A stretch of DNA of 64,000 nt, from NCBI GenBank assembly GCA_964016885.1, contig OZ024743.1, positions 216,876,001 to 216,940,000 of the forward strand. The letters run 5' to 3'. A program made the translations under genes and the position numbers. Source of the DNA: Eledone cirrhosa. Taxonomy: Eukaryota. The first letter of the stretch is position 1. Every line of letters begins with the position of its first letter. Below the pieces are notes generated by a model. It was not told where the DNA came from. It did no database searches and saw only the letters and a program-made list of their open reading frames with translations. Positions 55,006-64,000 of this stretch are shown in pieces.

Positions 55006-55352
55006 AGGGTAAACATTGATGCAATTCAATTCAAGCACTCAACGTACTTTTTCAACATAGGAGTGACGGAGTAAATATCGAATAAGTAAAAGCGAAGTAG
55101 TTTCAGATGTTCAAGGTCTTTAATAATAATGATGTGATATATATTTCAATGACGACACTGGCCACACTGTTCGGTGTGCGAGTGTCGTGACATCATCAGA
55201 CATCTTGTTACATAACAACCTTATTATGTAACAAGCTGTCTGATGATGTCACGGCACTCGCACACAGAACAGTGTGGCCAGTCTCGTCATTGAAATATAT
55301 ATCACAGCATTATCATTAAAGGACGTGAACATCTGAAACTACTTCGCTTTTA
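55006..55352 (-). mobile_element. Fold-back mini-element: 266-bp palindrome (55087-55352, 8-bp spacer) plus left tail, HHR in each arm
   Basis: Arms are reverse complements around 55216-55223. Flanked by (TA)n. Confidence 0.85.
55235..55308 (+). ncRNA. Type I hammerhead ribozyme (mirror copy 55131-55204 minus)
   Basis: GCTGT-CTGATGA-TG...CATT-GAAA-T-ATAT-ATC-ACAGC. The mirror copy has GATGT/ACATC stem I. Confidence 0.82.
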
Positions 55353-55368
55353 ATTATTCTATATATAC

Positions 55369-55471
<103 letters not shown>

Positions 55472-55472
55472 C

Positions 55473-55513
<41 letters not shown>

Positions 55514-55516
<3 letters not shown>

Positions 55517-55810
55517 CGAAGGAAATGTGGTAAGGAACCAGGTGGACCATAACGCACCAAAGTACTCAATACTTGAGGTAGTAGAGTGGGTAATAGGAAC
55601 CAGTAAGACCCCGACAGCTGAGCTCAAGCCGTTTCGACGGCTAATTCTGGCATATTTAGTTGCATGTGTCTATCTATATGTATATATTCATACACACAAA
55701 CATATGTATATATAATGTGTCTGCTTGTATGTATGCCTATATGTGTGTGTTACCAGAATTAGCCGTCGAAACGGCTTGAGCTCAGCTGTCGGGGTCTTAC
55801 TGGTTCCTAT
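55514..55810 (-). mobile_element. Family F fold-back mini-element with captured local DNA as spacer
   Basis: Arms 55591-55650 and 55753-55810. 55647-55756 matches 54492-54601. Confidence 0.88.
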
Positions 55811-55813
55811 ATG

Positions 55814-56008
<195 letters not shown>

Positions 56009-56088
56009 GTATGTGAGTAGGGAATGGGGTTATTTCTCCATATCTACAGGTTCTGTGTATATATACATATATATATATATACATACAA

Positions 56089-56163
<75 letters not shown>

Positions 56164-56288
56164 CACATATATATATACATATATATATATATACACATAT
56201 ATATATATATACATGTATATATATACACACATATATATATACACACATATATATATACACACACATATATATACACACACATATATAT

Positions 56289-56343
<55 letters not shown>

Positions 56344-56345
56344 CA

Positions 56346-56381
<36 letters not shown>

Positions 56382-56427
56382 CACACATATATATATATAT
56401 ATATATATACATATATATATACACATA

Positions 56428-56565
<138 letters not shown>

Positions 56566-56679
56566 AATATACATATATACATCTAAATTGGGTTTATACT
56601 AACGTATAACCTAATGTTTGTTGAGTGAGATGGTTCCCAGTCGGAGTTTAGCTTAAAGCTATCTCTGTTATTGTATTAA

Positions 56680-56764
<85 letters not shown>

Positions 56765-56768
<4 letters not shown>

Positions 56769-57277
56769 TATGTATACGTACATGCATATATGTATACAGA
56801 CGTACAGTAGTATGTATATATATACATACATGCACACATGTATATATGTACGTATGGATTCACCGAACATTTATTATAATGCTCGGTTTATTTGTAAACA
56901 AACATCCCGAATTAAGCCGTATAGTGTCAAGCAACCATCGTTGCTCATTTGTTCAACTCTGATAAAGTAACGCTGTACTAGTTTCTAGCTTATTTGCTAT
57001 CGTCAGCAACGTATACCTTCCTGCCAGATGATTGAACGTCTGAAAGTATATACTTTCCTTATGCATATTAACGGCTAAGCACCCTCATTTGCATATCGAG
57101 TGAGTTAATCGACCGGGGTACCGAAAACGATAAACGGAAAAAATGAAACGAAATTTCATTTCTCACTCTTAGTACTGCTGTTACTTTAATATAAGTATGT
57201 ATACGTACATACATATATGTATACAGACGTACAATAGTATGTATATATATATACATACATGCACACATATATATATA
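56765..57277 (-). mobile_element. Family R, ~1.2 units, HHR at 56970-57012
   Basis: Minus: ACGTTG-CTGACGA-TAGC-AAATAA-GCTA-GAAAC-TA-GTA-CAGCGT. Octamer retained. Confidence 0.83.
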
Positions 57278-57570
57278 ATCCGAGTGTCGCTCCAGTGAGG
57301 GGCGGTACTTCTCCAAATTCAGAGGTCACAGCTCCAATACTTCGGACAAGTGGTTAAAATGTCCCAGGAATGAATGACTCGGCAGATTTTCTGGGCAGTA
57401 TCAACCGGCAGGAGACCCAGGGAAGACACCGTACAAAATGGTTGGATAACATCAATGAGCTCATTGGTCTCTTTTGGGGATCGAACGGGATCAATTGCAG
57501 ATGCCTGCCAGTTGCAGAACCCGCTGGAAGGCTTGCTTGAGTAATCTGCCGACACTACCATCCCATTAAT
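57278..57570 (+). mobile_element. RTE-clade LINE 3' fragment (second family)
   Basis: LLQIQRSQLQYFGQVVKMSQE*MTRQIFWAVSTGRRPR resembles the RTE C-terminus (LRWFGH..RM..GRRPRGRP). Confidence 0.7.
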
Positions 57571-60500
57571 ATGTACGCGATTAATTTCAAAGTTTACTAA
57601 AGACTAGCAGGAATAGTGAATCTATGCTAATATAAGTAAGGCTGTGTGCGTGTGTGTTTCGTAACGTATCGATCGATGTATACAAATTCATGAAAAAAGA
57701 AGAAAAGAAACACAGAAGCTGCTTCTGACATACATATGATGTGAAATTAAGCCGTCATATTTCATGTTTGGATTTTAGTTTAATGTTGCTTTTATTCTGT
57801 ACGAAATAGTGATGTTCAAACTTCAGCAAATATTGGATGTGAATCAGTAATTAGCAGAGACATCACTTACAATGCCCGGTGCAGCACAAACCATGAGATT
57901 CAAACCCTTACAATTTTTGTTTTGTTTTGTTTTTTTCTTATTGACTCCCGGATGCTGTACTGCTCCTTTTCTAGGTTCGCGGTTTGGTTATAATTAAAAA
58001 GGTAACAATTCTTTCTTGAAGGAAGAACGATACGATCTTGTAATGACGTATTAGGTTTTGCCGTTTATTTGCAATAATACTTAAATAAACTACATTTATT
58101 TGCTGAAGTCATAAGGTCATGCGATCACACGGACGGAAATCTCGATTAAACATATATATATATATATGAATCAGACAGCATATTTATCCATAACTCAAAA
58201 TTCTAATTTAAATACTAAGTGCACCAAAATAATTTTACTCGTTCTTAAATGCGCCATAATTTAAAAAAATGGGAACCAAAGACCTAGATATATAAGTCGA
58301 CTGATATATCTATAATGTAAGATCTCACATATGTAATATGGCGTTTCGAAAAACGTTGATTAACTGAGCTTATCTATACAATTATCAAATAAAACTCTGT
58401 TTGTGGTGTTTAAAAAACTTAAAGCAACGGGCAAGTGAGATAATTTCAATAAAAGCATATAACCGAAGTTTTTTTGGAAAATTTAGACGATGCAGGTGGG
58501 TATGAATGGTTTCTTTCAAATACAACTGTTGAAAGCAACGGACAGAAATGTAGGTAGGTCGGTAGGTAAGTGGATGATAGAAAGGCAGAGAAAGAGTGAA
58601 TGATTGCTAAATAGTTGAAAGAGAAAGAAATGTTTCATTGACATATCGATTATATGCTGATGAAATATAGAAAATAGAGAGAAATAATGCTCGTGCGTCT
58701 GTTTGAGAGAGAGATAAATGGAGAACCAGATCTGCTAAGTAGTGAAAGAAAATTAAATTTAAGGATGAGACAGACTAGAAAAAAATACATGAGTAAGTTA
58801 AGAGGTAACCTTGTCGAGAAAGGGATATGAAAATAATGGATTTCTAAATAAGGCGCTACTCCGCTAAATGCATGAGGCCACAGTCGATTAGATTGAACTA
58901 ATACTATCATGGTATCTACTAGACTGAAGGCAGCATTATGCAGACTAGAATGTGCTTCAAATCACGCACACATGTATGTATATGGAATGGACATCAGTCG
59001 GTTTCACAACGGATGTTCCAGTTGTTCGATCGACGGAACAACAAGCTCAAAAACTTAACGAGCAAGTGGCAGAGCATTCCACAGACACATGTAACCTTAA
59101 CTTAATTTTTAAGGAGTTTCAGCATAATACATTCTGTGACAACCATCGGCAGTTTGGACGACAGATACAATCCATCCGACGGGCTTTCAAACAATTTCCG
59201 CTTACCAATATCACTCACAAGGTTTGAGTTGACCTGAGGTTATGGTAAATGACACTTGCCCAAGATGTCAAGAAGTGGGATTGAACCTGGGACTTAATGA
59301 TTGTGATGTGAACTTAAACATTCAGTAATGCTGCATCTGGTATGTATGCATGTATGCATATACGAACGAACGTATGAATATAACATGCAGACGGCCTGAA
59401 AACGTACATGGACAGTGGCAACGAACGAAGAAAATAAATGAACGAACACAAAAAACCGAAGACAGACTTTCCTGTCCGTATTTTAGCTGTTTCTTCATAG
59501 TTTCAATATATCAATGTATGTTTCGACGCTCACACACGCATAATTGTGTATTATTGTATTTGATATAAAATAAAGTACCAGTAATGCACTGGGGTAATTG
59601 CTGGCCTTGTGCCTAAAGTGGAAACAATTATTGTATTTGATATAAACGCATGTATATAGACATACACAATTTTCAGTGTAATTGTATTTATTTCTATGAC
59701 ATACATGCACACATATATACACACACACACCCATACACATACACACACATACATACATACAAGTGTGTATACGTACGTGTCTATACAAAATACATTTGTG
59801 TTTGTAAATAACAGTCAAATTTCTTTCAAATCACACATTACTATCCGAAGAAAGGGTACATTTTTCTATGTAATCCTGGGTGTATATTCTGTCGAAGAGA
59901 CACAGTCACAGATGAAATGCTTTCGACATGTCTCTTCGATAAGGCCTGGATTGAAGTGAGGGAGGGAGCTAAATAATAACTCTCGACGATCAAAGTTCAA
60001 ATAGAGCTTGACATGATTTGAACTTAAAGGAAAAGTTGTGTAGTTATCACGAAACATTTAATGCATCGTTCTAACATATCCGACATTCAACGATCTTAAG
60101 GGATAAAGATATAAACGATAATTAAAATAAAAAGTCTGCGCGAGCGGCTGAGAATAATTGTATGTGTGTATATATAGGCAATTGAGTGAGTGAATGAAGA
60201 AGGAATATGACAAAAGAAAATATATTAAGATTGTGGTGTAAATGTAGAGGATAGAAAAAACACACGGAAAGATAAAGGAAGGAAGAAATAAGAAAAGATG
60301 GAAAGCTTGAAAGAAAAAGAAACTGGAAAAATAAATGATGGAAAGAAGGGAGGAAATGCGAACATTGGTCAAACGGTGAGATATGTGAGAAAACAACGTG
60401 CAAAATGAGAACGATGCATAGATACTGAATAAATGAGTGAGTGATTTAATGATGGAAAGATTGTAAAACAACAATGAGATACGACTTGGAGATATACAAA

Positions 60501-60717
60501 AGAAAGAAAGAGAATGGTAGCGCTAGAGGGAGAAAGCCTATGTATCTAAGGTGAGAAGACAATAAAGCGACGAAAGTACAAACATATAGAGTGAGTGAGA
60601 AATGGAGAGAGAGTGTATGGACGAGAGAAATTGTGAGAGTGTGTAAAGGAGAGAAAAAGAGTAAGAGACAGAGAAAGTGACAGTGAGAGTGAGTGATTGA
60701 GAGACAGAGAGAGAGAG

Positions 60718-60777
<60 letters not shown>

Positions 60778-60855
60778 GTATGTGTGTGTGTGTGTGTGTG
60801 TATGTGTGTGTGTGTGTGTATGTGTGTGTGTGTGTGTGTCTGTGTGTGTGTGTGT

Positions 60856-60894
<39 letters not shown>

Positions 60895-61121
60895 AGATTC
60901 GAGATTGAAATAGACGAATAATTTCAATGAAGCGAAAGTAGTACTCAATGCAGATAGATGGATCAACATTAATTCAAAGCTGTGCCAACATCAGTCACTA
61001 ATTGGGGGTTCTGGTTCCTCTGGTTCCTTTATATTCTTCGTATTTAATATAGTAGATATAAAGACAAACATATATAAACGATATTTATGTAGTGTATGTA
61101 TCGAGAGAAGAGAGAAAGAGT

Positions 61122-61191
<70 letters not shown>

Positions 61192-61816
61192 TATAGATAA
61201 ATAAAAATAGAAAGAACAGACTAGACAATGCTGGAGGGGTGACACAAGACGGGAGAGTGAGAGATGTGAAAGGAAGGGGGAGGAGCAGACGAGACATGAA
61301 TGAAGTGAATTGGATAAAGCAGACGACAGGTAGACATGGAGGGAAGATGCAACAGTGAAAAAAAAATTGCCGGTGTATGTATCGTATCCTTATGGAAATA
61401 ATTCACTGAATTCGATTGAAATGGGACGAGTGCAAATAGTGATGAACAACAAGAAAGAAGGAGCTGAAAGGTTAGTTAGTTTTATTACAAAGACATATGG
61501 AGGTTACAGAGGGAGTGAGAGAAAAAAAAGCGAGTGTACAAGCGGGAAAGGAAGGAAAAAATCAGTGAATGTGAGACGAACTGGGAGGCTGGCGGATGAG
61601 GCAGCACAGGGTAGGGATGATAGGTATTGTATTGATGAAGCTGGTAGTGCAGACAATGTTGATGAGGAAGACAGATAGACAGAACGACGGGCAAGGCAGT
61701 AATAAGGAAAAAATAAGTTGGCAGACAATTCTGTACAGCGGAAACAAACACACAGACAATAATACGCAGATCCAAACGTAAATGCGTAAACACACAAACA
61801 TTAAACATACACACAT

Positions 61817-61896
<80 letters not shown>

Positions 61897-61912
61897 TGTA
61901 TGTATGTATGTA

Positions 61913-61972
<60 letters not shown>

Positions 61973-62077
61973 CGTGTATGTGTGTGCATGTAGCTACCCA
62001 AGTGATGTTGCAGGGAGGGAGGTAACTACGGTTTTAAAAAGGGCACTCAATACATTGGTAGAGTATATGCATCATTG

Positions 62078-62265
62078 GACGATTGGCAGTATCGGTAGAG
62101 GGTCTGGCGCCATGCTTTGCAGCATAGTGTTACATCCCTTTACGGTCCGATTTCAAATCCCGCCGAGGTTAACTTTGCCTTTCATCCTTATGGGGTCGAT
62201 GCCATAAAGTACCAGTAATGTACTGGGATAATTGCTGGTCTTGTGCCAAAAGCAGAAACAATTAT
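62078..62265 (+). mobile_element. tRNA-derived SINE (family S1)
   Basis: Same sequence as 7819-8010. Confidence 0.82.
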
Positions 62266-62426
62266 CATATATATAGAAATGACTTCTACAGGACTAGAAC
62301 TATTTCAGTCGTCTGAAACCATCATGAATATGTATATATATATATATATATAAAATACTTTTTAAAATACACTCCCACATGAGTAGGAATGTTGTGTATG
62401 CAAATATGTAAAAATGTATGTAAGTG

Positions 62427-62458
<32 letters not shown>

Positions 62459-62497
62459 TGTATGTATGTATGTATGTATGTATGTATGTATGTATGT

Positions 62498-62610
62498 GTA
62501 TGGCTGTGTGGTTAGAGAATTGGATTCGCAATCGTGAACTTCTGAGTTCGAGTCAAGGACCGGGTGATGCGTGATGTCCTTGAGCAAGACACTTTATTTC
62601 ACGTTGCTCC
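62498..62610 (+). mobile_element. tRNA-derived SINE head (third family), truncated
   Basis: A box TGGCTGTGTGG, B box GAGTTCGAGTC, then TGTCCTTGAGCAAGACACTTTA. Confidence 0.6.
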
Positions 62611-62979
62611 TTCTACCTGGATGTTCCACCGGTCGATAGTATTAGAAATTAGATAGGATTAGAAATTAGAAATGGAAACATTGTTTCCTCGATCCAAATT
62701 GATGAGTTCCACCCCAATCGTTAAACGAATGAGGCCTCGGATCTTGTCGATCGAGTGTTATATGTATGTATGTATACATGTATATATATGTTTATATGTA
62801 TGTATATGTGATGTATGATTTATATATATGGGTTCGATAACACACTATTATATATATTTGCGAATGAATCTCCTTGTACACGCTTGTATGCAGTATTCGA
62901 TATCTATGTGTATATACATATTTTGTGCGCATATATAATATATATATATATGTATATATATATATATTGTATATATATT

Positions 62980-63131
62980 GTGGACACACTGGAAGAGGAA
63001 AACCAAGGTTAACGTATGTTGATACCCTAAGGACAGACACTGGTCTGTTGGAGACGCAGGACATGGCAGCGATAATGAGGGACAAAGACCGTTGGAGAGA
63101 ACTCGTCCATGGATCTCGGGAATTTTACCCG

Positions 63132-63135
<4 letters not shown>
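62980..63135 (+). mobile_element. RTE-group LINE 3' fragment, same family as 42970-43322
   Basis: [34 protein letters not shown] followed by (TA)n. Confidence 0.8.
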
Positions 63136-63220
<85 letters not shown>

Positions 63221-63269
63221 CACATATATATATATATACACATATATATATACACATATATATATATAT

Positions 63270-63338
<69 letters not shown>

Positions 63339-63549
63339 CATCTCTGTATTTGAGAAAGCATGTACACCCGAGCATATATAGTTTTTGACCATAATTTTAT
63401 TTTTATCTATAAATGCATATACACTTACACACACGCGTGTGACCCGATGCAAATATGGTGTATTTATGAATGTGTTGTGTAAAACGATAGTATATGCGAA
63501 GTAAAGAAAATAAAAGTAACGAAAACAAAATTAGAGACAATTAAGTGAT

Positions 63550-64000
63550 AGACAGAAAGGCGTATGTGTGTATATAGATATATGTATAGAATCATCCAAA
63601 GAGATAGATAGAAATGTATGGGTAGAGAGATATATACATATAATGATGCAAAGAGATAAAGAGAAACGTACGTGTGTGTATATAGATGTATGTATAGAAT
63701 CATCCAAAGAGATAGATAGAAATGTATGGGTAGAGAGATATATACATAGAATGATGCAAAGAGATAAATAGAAACGTACGTGTGTGTATATAGATGTATG
63801 TATAGAATCATCCAAAGAGATAGATAGAAATGTATGGGTAGAGAGATATATACATAGAATGATGCAAAGAGATAAATAGAAACGTACGTGTGTGTATATA
63901 GATATATGCATAGAATCATCCAAAGAGTTAGATAGAAATGTATGGGTAGAGAGATATATACATAGAATGATGCAAAGTGATAAATAGAAAGGTGTATGGG
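63550..64000. repeat. 108-bp minisatellite, at least 4 units, runs off the window
   Basis: ATCATCCAAA at 63591, 63699, 63807 and 63915. Confidence 0.92.

Noticed and set aside
63464-63923. Repetitive 36-aa-period ORFs or a CRISPR-like array
   Set aside because: Plain 108-bp minisatellite with no unique spacers, in a eukaryotic context.

Overview
AT-rich, microsatellite-saturated eukaryotic DNA with no recognisable host gene. The SINE sequences resemble those I recall from octopus genomes, so a cephalopod origin is an inference. Nearly all long ORF-track entries are translation artefacts of (TA)n, (CA)n, (TATG)n or (TAG)n tracts. The real content is transposon-derived: at least six Penelope-like retroelement (PLE, RT + C-terminal GIY-YIG) copies or fragments, an internally deleted Chapaev3-type DNA transposon, RTE LINE fragments, RTE-derived non-autonomous units and tRNA-derived SINEs. 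The main hidden signal is RNA structure. I could hand-fold about 17 type I hammerhead ribozyme (HHR) motifs, some mutated, from about 8 sequence families. They occur (i) in PLE pseudo-LTRs, (ii) in ORF-less fold-back mini-elements inside (TA)n tracts, and (iii) once per unit in a dispersed 430-450 bp tandem repeat that also carries an ATGCAAAT octamer. That repeat is a candidate non-LTR retrozyme family producing self-cleaved, possibly circular RNA. All folds were done by eye, and activity and novelty are untested.
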